Of a DNA stretch of 64,000 bases, positions 41,180 to 52,743 are shown one piece after another; position 1 is the first letter of the stretch; each line of letters opens with the position of its first letter. Under the pieces are notes generated by a model. That model searched no databases and was not told where the DNA came from. It saw only the letters and a program-made list of their open reading frames with translations. The stretch is from contig OZ024743.1 in assembly GCA_964016885.1 (NCBI GenBank), forward strand, positions 161,014,001-161,078,000. The letters run 5' to 3'. The stretch comes from Eledone cirrhosa (Eukaryota). A program made the position numbers and the translations under genes.

Positions 41180-41790
41180 TGGTGGCTGCCAACTCGTTTT
41201 CGAGTACGGCCACTACTTTATATCCATGTAGGAGAACCCCTACCGAAGCGCTGAACGAGTGTGACTTTTAGTCCAGCCAGCGACTTGAAAACTCTGGTAC
41301 AAACACTACACTTGTGACAATTATTGACACATAGTGCAGGGCCCATGGTACCATGTGATGACAAGTGCAGAGAGAGATCTCCAGATATAAAGCAATGCCT
41401 ATGCCGTGAAGCTTTTATAGTGAGAAAAGGCACTGCACAAAGCCAGTCCCACTCTCTTAACCAAGATGATATTTACCAAAAAGAAGAACAGGTCAACATC
41501 ATTGGATACCATCAGGGTTGCAGGTGTTATATCAGAGTTTTCCTTCTCCTAGAATTCTGCCTTGACAAAGGCTAAGGGGTCATCTCTCCCGGTGATTTTG
41601 GATGGCCATTGACTCTTAAGAGCTCCTTTGCCCTTTGACAGGTTTTGTTTTTAGTCCTGCAGGATGTCCAAAGTCACCCTCCTCACCAAGAAACCTTGGT
41701 GGGGTTGCCAGTTTAGTCGCCAACGACCCGACCATGAGACAGGTTGTACTGGGATACATGTTACCAGTAGCACCAACTGGTGACCTGACA
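41180..41790 (-). mobile_element. Non-autonomous internally deleted RTE derivative (~610 bp, apparently full length)
   Basis: Same bipartite structure as 27573-27977, with an additional structured 5' end. Confidence 0.75.
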
Positions 41791-41829
41791 TAAACATATA
41801 TACATACATGCATACATACATTCAAGGTG

Positions 41830-44800
41830 ATCGCTTCATCTTTCCAGATGACTGTCGTCTCTCTGTAAACCCGCAACACAGTTACCACTCGCAAACGTCC
41901 GTTCGTGACATCTTAAGTGACATTTAAGTCCAGCTGCAAATTTGCACGGTCTTCAGCAAATGTGACAGCCAAACTATTTGCCCTAAATTGGATTGTTTGG
42001 GTCAATTTGTTGGGTGTCATCCTTATGTACTCTTGTATGCTTTTTAAGACCCGCAAATTGATTTGCAGATTTTTCTTCTGCACACCACACATGTTGTCTA
42101 TCCTACTATTGGAGGGATAGTGCTGCATACAGTTGATCATTCATATGATTTTAGATGAGTCATGTATCCAGATTTAGAGAGAATTAGACGACCACACATT
42201 TCACATCTCTAGCTTCTTGTGTTCTTATAGAGGTTTATTGGATTTGAAATTAAATCTTCTTAGGTCAAATATTCTTTCTGTGGTTCTAACCTGCAATAGA
42301 ACACTCTTCACATAGTTCTGGATTCATTCGTCAGCAGTACAGCAAGGAATATTGGGAATAGTATGGGATCTGGGATATCCCCAGGCATCAACTGGGATTT
42401 CATTGGACAATTATCCATTAAAGACGACCCAAGCCATCATATCTCTGTGCAGCTGACAAACATATCAATAAACTTTGGTGGGCACCTTACTTTCCCTATT
42501 ATTTTCCATAGCGTACGTTCTGTTCACTGTATCAAAGGCTTTTGTCAGTTCGACAAGAACGTGATACAGGGGATCCCGGTGCTCAATACATTTCTTCTGT
42601 ATCTGCCTTCCAGAGAGTATATTACCAATCACCCGTCTACCAAATCTAGGAATGACTGTTGGTCAAATGTCTTCCATCAACCTATTCGACAACAATCTAG
42701 CAAGAACTTTGCCCACATATTCCAACAGAGTGAGAGCCACGGTAGCGATCGCAAATTACTTTTTCTCCTTTACCCTTGAACAAGGCCACCAAGATACCAT
42801 CGATCCAATCATGTGGTACAGGAGTGCATGTCCAGCACTATTTGACGAGATAGAATATCGTTTGGGTTTCATTCTTATTACCAACCTTTAGCAGTTCCAC
42901 AGTGAGCACATCTGATCCGGGTACTTGAGTCCCTGTCCAGCACTTTATGATGAGATGGAATATTGTTTGTTACGTTCTCATTACTTTTAACAGTTCCACA
43001 GGGAATCCATCTGATCCATGTGCTTTACCAGTGTTAATATGGTTGATAGCCAGGTTTACTTCATCATAAGTCGGCAACCAATCCATTCCTAATGTCATAA
43101 CACATTGAGGAATGCTATCTCTCACATCATGCTCAACTGACGATAGATTATCAAATTAATCAGTAAAGTGCATTTGCCAACGCTTCAGAATTTCCGCTGG
43201 TTCCTTAATGATGGCAGTGTTCTCTTTGGACCTCATAGGAACAATAAACGTAGTTGTTAGGCCATATACTGCACACAAAAGACCATATAACAGTTTTGAA
43301 TCCTTTGCGTCATAAGCGGTTTGAATGTCTGAAGAGATACTCAACCACCAATTATTCTTAAGCCTTTTCAATTCACTCTCTAAGGCAAATTTACATTCTT
43401 TATATGTATTCTCAATAACAGGCTGGTTTACAGGGCACTCACCCCGAACTTTTTCATGAAGAGATTTTTTTTCTTTTCATCAGCTGGCTGATAGCTTGAT
43501 CATTATCATCAAACCAGTCTTTATGTTTCTTTTTCACTCTGAACACAAGTTCTTCTGCTCCTGCTGCGTACACTTGATCCCTGAAGTTTTCCCACATTCA
43601 ATCGATGTCAAGTTTATCAAGTCATTTATTTAAAGCCTCACCTACATCTGACTATTTTATCTTTCCAACGTCAATACGCTTCAGTGTTTTCATCCCATAC
43701 ATACGAATCCTTTTTCCAACACTTAACATAAACTTCCCGTACCATCTTATGCTCTGTGTTGCATTCTGAACTACGCATGACTTGCAGATAATACAAACAC
43801 CATTCAAGTCGCATCTTCGAAATAATGTGAAATCAATCAAGTGGCCATCTTTGGACCTTGGGTGTATCCAGGTAACTTTATGTTTCGTTTGTTTGTGGAA
43901 CAATGTGTCGCAAATAGCTACGTTGAGTTCTGAACAGAGCTCAAGTAGCTCCATACCATTAGCACTCATCTTTCCAATGCCGTAATGGCCACGTGTATCC
44001 CATGTATCATGATCTCGTCCAGCTTGGGCACTATCAACTGGAGAGTTGGAGCATGAATTGCATAAACTGACCGAATTGTTTCAAATCGCCCGCATGCAAG
44101 TGGAATGCGCAGCTTCGTTATTCGGTCACTTGTTGTAGAGTTACACTCTAAACATTGTGCTAGAGTATTTCGAACTGCAACACCTACACCACCACCTTAA
44201 TGTTCTCCCTTTGGTTTCACTCTTCAGAAAAGTGTAAAGCTTGATGATGCTTCAGACAGCTGATGACGTGTTTATGACAAGGTTGAAATATTTATATTCA
44301 GTCGTTTGTCTGGAGTTGCTTGTTACCAGACAATATTCAGCGTACTTTTTCTAGCACCTTCCTAGGAATTTGAGTTAGCAGTGTTCTCCCTAATAGGGCT
44401 ACACAGAAGCCTCCATAGGAGTTTGCCACTGTCACAGGAAGACACAAGGGTGTTATGATAATACCTTAGCCGCCTATGTGCAGATTTGCAACTGTAGGCT
44501 TCCAACTTGTCAGGTCTGCACATGTATCTCCTCCATCGTCACAAGATTTTTAGCTGATACAGTGACAGATGAGATCATAACAGAGACAACACTATATCAT
44601 TGGATTATAGTAACAAACGCTTGTACTATACGAGTACGACTCTAAGTTTCACTGATTACTGACTAGTGATAAGCCTAAGCTAGATGACAAGTAATCACAT
44701 CTTCTGCGGGTTTTATCTCAGTGTCCCTCTTTTAAAAGGATACAGTAACAACAGCTCTGGGTCCTTCACTCCCTGTGGATTTTCTTATGTTCCCATCTGC
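41830..44800 (-). mobile_element. Decayed RTE LINE related to copies A and B
   Basis: NGMELLELC..TWIHPRSKDGHLID (APE), WWLSISSDIQTA..LLYGLL. The 5'UTR motif GGGTCCTTCACTCCCTGTGG at about 44760 matches copies A and B. Confidence 0.75.
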
Positions 44801-44904
44801 GGCCACCACAACGCTGATGAGCTGCAGCAGTTCAATTCTTTTCCTTATTCGTAGACCAAGGACTCTATCCAATTAAAAAATGTTGAATGTTGCATACATA
44901 CATA

Positions 44905-45380
44905 CATGAGGTGGGATATGTTGAGATAGATGACACTAAAGAATACTGGTGGAACATCAAAATAAAAACTACCACCAAATTAAAGCACAACCGGTCTGAT
45001 ATTGTTGTTTGGGACCACATATTAAAAACATGCTCTGTTGTAGAGACCAACTGCTCACTTGATGTCAATGTTGTAAGAAAAATACAGGAGAAGGAGGGCA
45101 TCTACGGACTATTGATGAGGAGTTTGCAGATCCAATATCCAAGATACACCTTCAGCTTCATACCCATCATTATTGGAGCTACAGGTTATATACCAAGCCA
45201 TTTGGACCAAAGTATAACTGAACTTGAATTTGTGAACAAAGAGCGCAGCTCCCTAATTCATAGAATACAAATGGCTGAATTAGCTGGCACCTTCAAAATT
45301 GCAAAACATTCTTTTCTTTTAAAGCCTTGCCACCAAGAAGGTGCCCGGTCAAAAATGTACTCGAAATTAAGAGAAATAGA
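44905..45380 (+). mobile_element. R4-clade RLE 3' fragment between (CATA)n tracts
   Basis: EYWWN..KHNRSDIVVWD..EKEGIY..FIPIIIGATG. Confidence 0.75.
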
Positions 45381-45511
45381 AACATACATACATACATACA
45401 TACATACATACATACATACATACATACATACATACATACGTGCATACATACATACATACATACATACATACATACATACATACATACATACATACATACA
45501 TACATACATAC

Positions 45512-47620
45512 AGTGAGAGGTAGCCTTGAGACTGAGATAGGAAAACTCCAAGATAAGAAAACACCAGGAAGAGACATGATTGTCGGCTACTGGTACAAAA
45601 AACGGATATGCTATCGGAGGTGTCTTACTGACCTCTACCAACATGTTCTTAAGGGAGATACACTTATACCAGAATGGTTGATATTAGCACAAACATTAAT
45701 GGTCCCCAAGAAGGAAGACACCCACCTGGCAAAAAACTACCGACCCATTGCATGCCAGAACCTGATGTATAAGATGTATACAGCCTGCCTGAACCTATTC
45801 CTCCAAGATCACTGTGAAAATAATAACATCATCACAGATGAACAAGCAGCTGGAAAGAAAGGGGTTTGGGGATGTGCTGAACAACTCCTAATCAACAAAA
45901 CTGCGATGTCGGAGGTACGACAACTTAGGAGGAATATGACTACAGTCTGGATGGACTACAAGAAAGCTTTCGATTCTGTTCCCCACTCTTGGATGCTAGA
46001 GGCCCTCCAACTTGCTAAAGTCCCAGACATTATTGTCAGAGCCATAGAGAGGCTGTCTTCTTCTTGGGCTACTACCCTAAGGTTAAAGACAGAAAGGGAG
46101 GACTCTATTTTCACTGATAAAATAAAATATTGCAGGGGTGTATTTCAGTGGGACAGTCTCTCTGTGATAATATGTTTGCTGTGCCTGTCCTAACACCAAC
46201 GTTTGGAATACTCAATTGGACGATAGACGAAATCCGAGCAGTTGATGTTGGAACTCAAAATATACTGAACAACAGCGGAAACTTCCACATCAACAGTGAC
46301 AGAGACCGCCTTTACTTGAAACGTAAGCAGGGATGCAGAGGCCTAACAACAGTCCAGACAACATTTGAATATCGCATCATATCTCTCCGACAATATCTAC
46401 GAACCTCGAAGCGTAGGAGCCCGTTTCTCGAGCAAGTCTATCAGCATTAAACAGATAAGATCATGAGAGTTGGGAAGGAACTCCTTGAGAGATATTCCCT
46501 GTGCGATAATCAAAACTCACACCCAGGGATGTCGCTCAGCAGTATCGCAGTGAATCCATGGATGAAAAACTGCATGCCTATCAGCAAAAAATCATGCATG
46601 GATATGTTGCCAGGAAGCTCCAGAGTGAGAGTAATATAGATAAGGAAAGTAGTCTATATTGGACCAACAACCGCTATATTGGCTCCCACTTTGAAGGATA
46701 CGCTTTTGCAATCCAGGAACAGGAGATTAGCACGAAATACCTGATTCACAAAAGAGATAGGGATGCAGGCAAAACACTTAGATGTGATAACAAGTGCAGA
46801 CTCTGCAGAACTAACATGGAGGATATCACTCATGTCATCAGCTGTGTCCAAAGATGTCATCGCGGTACTGTCTACCTATGAGACATGATGTAGTGACCAA
46901 AACACTGTACGATGCAGTTCGTAAAAAAGATAGCCCCGATAATAAACACATTAAAAGCTACAACAATGTGGAAGACATCCATGTACATAATATGAAAGAG
47001 TACTGGTGGAATGTTCCAGCAAAAACCCCAATAAAATGCAGGCATAACAGACCAGATATTATGATATAGGACAGAGAGAAGAAAACATACACAGTAGTGG
47101 AAATTAGCTGCCCAGCAGATGCCAATATAATATCAAAGATTAGTGAAAAGGAGAATATTTATGCAGAACTGATGAGAAATCTGCAGATACTCCACCCTGA
47201 TTACACCTTCAGATTTATGCCTGTGATTATTGGGGTACTGGGATATGTTAGTAACTGCCTCAATACATATCTTGAGAAGCTAGACTTCACAGGAACAGAA
47301 AGAACACAACTAGTTAGGAAATTACAAGTACAATCCATTAATGGAACAGTAAAAATATGTAAAACTTTCCAAAAATTTTGCATCTAATAACTGCATATAC
47401 ACATGTACAGATACAAAGCATATACACATGCACACATACAACTCAAAACATATATACACGCATACAATAACATCCATATCTACACATGCATGCATACATA
47501 CATATCTACCTAGTTGATGTTGTGTAAATTCCAATGAGAGAGTCTTGGGTCTATGTTAGAAACCGACTCTCTCTCTCTCTATTGGTAAAACTTTGTGAAA
47601 TTTTACAACCAGAAGAACAT
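45512..47620 (+). mobile_element. R4-clade RLE element, 5'-truncated and internally deleted, between (CATA)n tracts
   Basis: KNYRPIAC, WMDYKKAFDSVPHSW, CRLC..HVISC, RPDIM, EISCP. The 3'UTR is nearly identical to 26433-26810. A deletion at about 46170 removes the YxDD region. Confidence 0.85.
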
Positions 47621-48984
47621 ACATACATGATGATGGCTGCAACTCGATTTCGAGTAATACCATCGCTTGATACTTAAGAATGAGCATCACGGACGTAGCT
47701 TTTTAGTCCTGATATGGACTAAGGTGGAAAAGCCATTATTTTCTTTGCGTTATTGTTTCATAGTTTCTAAACCGAAGCAAAATCGATCTAAGTAATCAAT
47801 TATCTATTACCAACTATCAATTTGGGTAAAGCAAGGGAAGACGAAATTAACCGTCAGAGGAATCGTCTTTAAATATGTCTCAATATAGTACAAAACAACT
47901 TTATATATGTTGGGATCTGAGAGCTGGTTAAAACTTCATGGTTTGAGAAAACGTTTCAACTGTCCCAGCATATACAAATAGTACTGGACGCCACATCTGC
48001 TAGAAAGAGGTGCGAAGTGCTAGTCACAGTTTAGGCAACTCAACAAATTAAAAGTTTTGAACAGTTATATACAATGTTAAGGTATCATAACATATATAAT
48101 ATGTATGATGATTATGTTTCTCAATAATAAAGATCAATGGACCTTGATACTGAACGTTAATTATTGAAGTCAAGGAAACAGGAAATCAACAAACAAGATA
48201 ATGCAATAACATAAAGTGTATTAGTTTCACGTTTGGAGGAAAAATAATGATTTACATAGTCAACGTATCGGGCATTTGCCCTTCATCGGGAAAAGCACAA
48301 AAGGAAAATAGCAAAGAAAATAACGTTAAAGAATGAAAAATACAAAAATAAATGAACATTTTTTTTTAGATAAAGTAAAATACAACAATAAAAATATAAA
48401 GGAGGGGAGAGGGGAATGGTCCGGCGTCCTGGTGAGGGTAGCAGGCATGCAGTGGGTGGTGGTGTGAAGGTAGGGTGTACATTACCATACGTTTGCGATT
48501 GTATGGGTGTTGGTGGAGATGTATGTTCGTTCATATGTTTGAGTGTATGTATGATGGTGTGTGTTTGACAGAGATGTGTGGTTGTTGGTGTGTATTGTGT
48601 GGTTTACATGTATAGCTGTATGCCTGTGCATGTGTGTGTGCGTGTGTTGGACTGTATTGTGTGGTTTACATGTATAGCTTGTATGCCTGTGCATGTGTGT
48701 GTGCGTGTGTTGGACTGTATTGTGTGGTTGCATGTGTAGGTGTATGCCTGTGCATGTGTGTGTAGGTGTATGCGCGTGCGTATGTGCCTGTATGTCTAAG
48801 TATTGGGGTAGGTTCACGAGTCTAGTAGGTTCTGAGGTGTGTATAATCCAAGTCAGTTCCAGACTGGTGAAGGTAGGTTAAAAGTCATGAAGGCTGAGGT
48901 AAATGGAATAGAGGAAAGTATCCTGGTTGAAAGGCAATGTTATAGTGAAATGAAATAGAAAAAGGAATTATGGGGAGTTGCAGG

Positions 48985-49375
48985 GTGTGTGTGGTGGCGG
49001 CAGAGTTCTATGATGATATCCTTGGGCAGCTGCTTATAACATGGCTGACATCTTTGATGCTAGTTCTGTTGAGACTGCATCTGTTGTCACATCTAGGTGT
49101 TTTGCTTGCACCGCTATCTCTTGTATGCATCAGGAATTTCGTTGTTATTTCTTGTTCTTGGATTGCAAAGTATGTACTTCAATTTCAGAGATTAAATATC
49201 AGTTGTTGGTCCAAGATAGGCTAATTTGCTTGTCTGTATTAATCTCACTTTGAAATTTTCTGGCAACATAGCCATGCATGATTCTATTCTAAGCCTGCAG
49301 CTTTTCATCCATGAAGCTTTGGGTGCGAGGTTTTAGTTATCATACAAGAAGTATTTCTTGAGGTGTTCCTTCCAA
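48985..49375 (-). mobile_element. R4-clade fragment
   Basis: Reverse complement resembles 46500-46860 (HGYVARK, FAIQEQEI). Confidence 0.65.
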
Positions 49376-49820
49376 ATTTTTAATGTATGTATGTAGGTAT
49401 GTATACAAGAGTGTATTATACATAGAAAACGTGTTGTGATAAAGTGTGACAGAACAGGTTGCATAAAAGACAGAGACTAAGTACTATTCTAATATCATCA
49501 GGATACTGCACACACAAGTTTCAATCATTGTTCGCCACACATCACACACGTGTATGTGATACACACAATCATACGCACAGCCACTCTGATTGAAATGCAT
49601 CTGGTTCCTTTTAGAAGTGTACTCGAAATTGTTGCCTTCTGGTAATATTTACTCTCTTAATAGAATAAAGATGACCCAAAGTATACCATACCTTGTCTAT
49701 TGTAAGAATAATTGTATTATCTAAAATCATTATCATTTTTATATAACATCTAGAAATTTCAAATGATAAAAGAAATTGAAGACATCGTGGATTTATTTCA
49801 GGGATAATGAATGATCGATA

Positions 49821-49881
<61 letters not shown>

Positions 49882-49950
49882 AAAGAGAGATGAAATCGAA
49901 AATGCAACTGGAGTCTTATTTTTTTTTTAAATATATATATTTATTTGGTT

Positions 49951-49988
49951 CCTTTAACGGTTTCGCAGTTCTTCTGCTTTTCAAAAGG
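49951..49988 (-). ncRNA. Minimal hammerhead variant (UUGAAAA core)
   Basis: CCTT-TTGAAAA-GCAG aagaa CTGC-GAAA-CCGT-TA^-AAGG, inside a short (TA)n-flanked insert at 49877-50100. Confidence 0.5.
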
Positions 49989-50095
49989 TGAGTTGAGATG
50001 GAGGGTCTATGGTTTTTCTCACATCTCTTTTTCTTTATACTTTCACTCGTGTAGGACACCTCGGTTATTTTTCATTTTGTAAAAAAAAACCTCAC

Positions 50096-50206
<111 letters not shown>

Positions 50207-50551
50207 TTATATTTAGGTTTGTTGGTTCACCACTGGATAGAACTGGTCATTCCGTATGGTCAACCTCGATGTAATATTATGGAGAGCTCTCGATGTAATG
50301 CAACTCACCCGTCTTCGTTTGTGTAGTTGGTGGTGCGAGCTCGGAGTTAATTATTATAAAATAACAGGAGGCTGGACTGGTGTAATTCCTTAAAAGGTTT
50401 ATTATACTATGATCATTTCAATGACCGGGTTCAGGATGAATCCGGTGACATCTAAGAAAGTTAACATTCCTGGAGTGCTCGGAAAAATAAATTTCCATTT
50501 CTTTCGCGAGACGATAATACTCGGAATGGCTGACATTATACACACATACAT

Positions 50552-50662
<111 letters not shown>

Positions 50663-50852
50663 TATATATATTATATATTATATATATAAACATATATATA
50701 TGTATATATATATGTATGTATGTGTATATATATATATATATATATTTTTTTTTATATATGAAGTATTTCCGTAGGAAGGGTAAAAGAAAGGAGATTGTTC
50801 TATGTATGCTATAGAGCTATTTAGTTATGTAATAAACAACATAAGACAATTA

Positions 50853-50925
50853 TTCCATTTACCAAAGGTTTCAAAAAGACAGACGAGCTCAACACAGACG
50901 TCAAAAATCGCTCATCAGAATGAAA
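50853..50925 (-). ncRNA. Type I hammerhead in the inverted pLTR (stem II degenerate)
   Basis: TTTCATT-CTGATGA-[GACG...CGTC weak stem II]-GAAA-CC ttt GG-TA^-AATGGAA. Confidence 0.65.
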
Positions 50926-51077
50926 ATGTCATATGGACGTAAGATATAAATTTAAATACAAAGGTTACAACAATTGAAAGCGAGGCTGATATATAATAAA
51001 ATAAAGATAAGAAATAAAATTAAATAACGGGAGAAATATACACACTGAAATAGAATGTAAGGTTATGGGGAAAATTA

Positions 51078-51113
<36 letters not shown>

Positions 51114-51119
<6 letters not shown>

Positions 51120-51174
51120 AAAAGTATGACCCCGACGGCAGAGCTCAAGCCGTTTCGACGGCTATTTCTGGACT
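51114..51174. mobile_element. Palindromic element, copy 3 (single arm ending at the apex)
   Basis: (TA)n-GAAAAAAGTATGACCCCGACGGCAGAGCTCAAGCCGTTTCGACGGCTATTTCTGGACT; homology stops at the hairpin centre. Confidence 0.7.
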
Positions 51175-52706
51175 AAATTAGAATGTTTAGCCTGGTGAAT
51201 AAATAGCCGAACTTGTCAAAGGGGTACTTCCTTATATGGGAAGATTGTAGTTGTCAAGAGGATTGGTTAAAATTTGTTGTAAACACAAATAAGTCTATCA
51301 TGGCATTTGGTGGGAGATAGGGGTGGCTGAACTTGCCTGTAGAACAATAGGGGAGTGAGTGGAGCGGACAAGCGTTGAAAGTGATATGTATACAGCAGGT
51401 TATAAGGATAGTTTATGAAGTGGAGGAGGGAGGTTATAGAATAGGTAATTCGAATGAGAGTAGGAGACAATAAAAGAATATAATAGAGACAAAGAAAAAA
51501 AGAAAAAAAAGAAAATAGTGAGAAATGAATAAAAAATCACAATGCTAACTTACAATTACAGGTTAATAAGTTGAGAATAGAAAAAACTTGTAGAAATTGA
51601 GTAGTAACAAAACTGATACAAAATTAAAGGGGTCGAAAACATCTGCTATAAGTAGTTAGTAAAACGTAATCGGCCAATTCTATCTTAAAATTACAGGGGT
51701 GGGGGACTGGTGCTACAGAGGCCCGATGGACTGCATCGGGGTAGGCGAAATGGGAAAAGCAGAGGAGGAAGAAAATAGGGGGTGGAAGGAAGTGATAGGA
51801 TGAGACAGGGGGAAGAAGAAGACAAAGACGAAAAGAAAAGAGATACATCTACCTATGTAAGCTGGGGTTTCCCCTAACTTATTCGGCAAGTGGGGGGGGG
51901 TATCAGCCCTTGTCTACCCACTCTGGTCGTTATGGGGTTTGAGGGCGAGGTAAGTCCTACGCAATCTGTGTTTGCATGCGGTTACCAGTTCATCTTTCTT
52001 GTTTAAGAGTTGGTCCTTCGAAAATAGCATATGTAATGTTTTAATGTTTCCTCCGAGCATAAGTTACACAGACGGCGTCCTCCCGTGTAAGTGTTAGCTC
52101 TGGACAGTAAGCTCCAAGTGAGATTGTAGGTTATATTATTATCTTGGAGGTCCCAGATGTAGCCCGAAAGTGTAGTGGAATGTCACCCATGGGTCAGCAC
52201 CCAGGAAGTAATCTCATGGTTCAGGAATATGGAGGATAAACGAGACACAAAATTCATCCAGTTTGACATAGAGAGTTACTATGCATCTATTACCTTACCG
52301 CTCCTTACGGCTGCCTTGGACTTTGCCGAAACACTCACACCCATCACTGACCAGGAAAGAAATATCATTCTCCACGCCAGGAAGACAGTCCTACTTTTCG
52401 ACAACTCCAAGTGGATAAAGAGAGATCTCGACTCCCCCTTCGACGTCAGCATGGGCGCGACGGATTCGGCGGAGGTTACAGATCTTATAGGATTATCCCT
52501 ACTATTTAAACTCACCGAAATGCTTCCTGCATTCGGCGGTGGTTTGTACCGGGATGTTTTGTTTTGACCACAAGAATTTTTGCAAGACGAATTGGCGCGA
52601 AACTTATTTTAATACCTCTGGAGACACTTTTTTCACATAAAACAGGTAGAATTTCCAAAATTGATCAGATTAGAGCAAATATCACGGGCGCTCTATCTCA
52701 AAATTA

Positions 52707-52743
52707 TTTTTGAAAAGCATTAGAAATGTGCAACCGGTAAAAA
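52707..52743 (+). ncRNA. Hammerhead-like variant in the 5' pLTR (second copy at 57642-57678)
   Basis: TTT-TTGAAAA-GCATT aga AATGT-GCAA-CCGG-TA^-AAA. Palindromic CCGG stem III; non-canonical core. Confidence 0.45.

Larger units (their letters stand above)
50761..52558. mobile_element. Naiad-type Penelope-like element: inverted pLTR (minus, 50761 to ~52183) joined to a 5'-truncated RT (plus, ~52184-52558)
   Basis: Minus strand at about 51950-52183 translates STTLSGYIWDL..YNLTW..CNLC.EE and LLNKKDEL..CKH (GIY-YIG C-terminus). Plus ORF has FIQFDIESYY, FDVSMG..DSAEVTDLIG and GLYRD, typical of Naiad/Chlamys RT. Confidence 0.8.

Noticed and set aside
48256-48295. Hammerhead on the minus strand (CCGATGA-GGGC/GCCC-GATA)
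   Set aside because: Two core substitutions and no stem I; at best a dead PLE-tail ribozyme.
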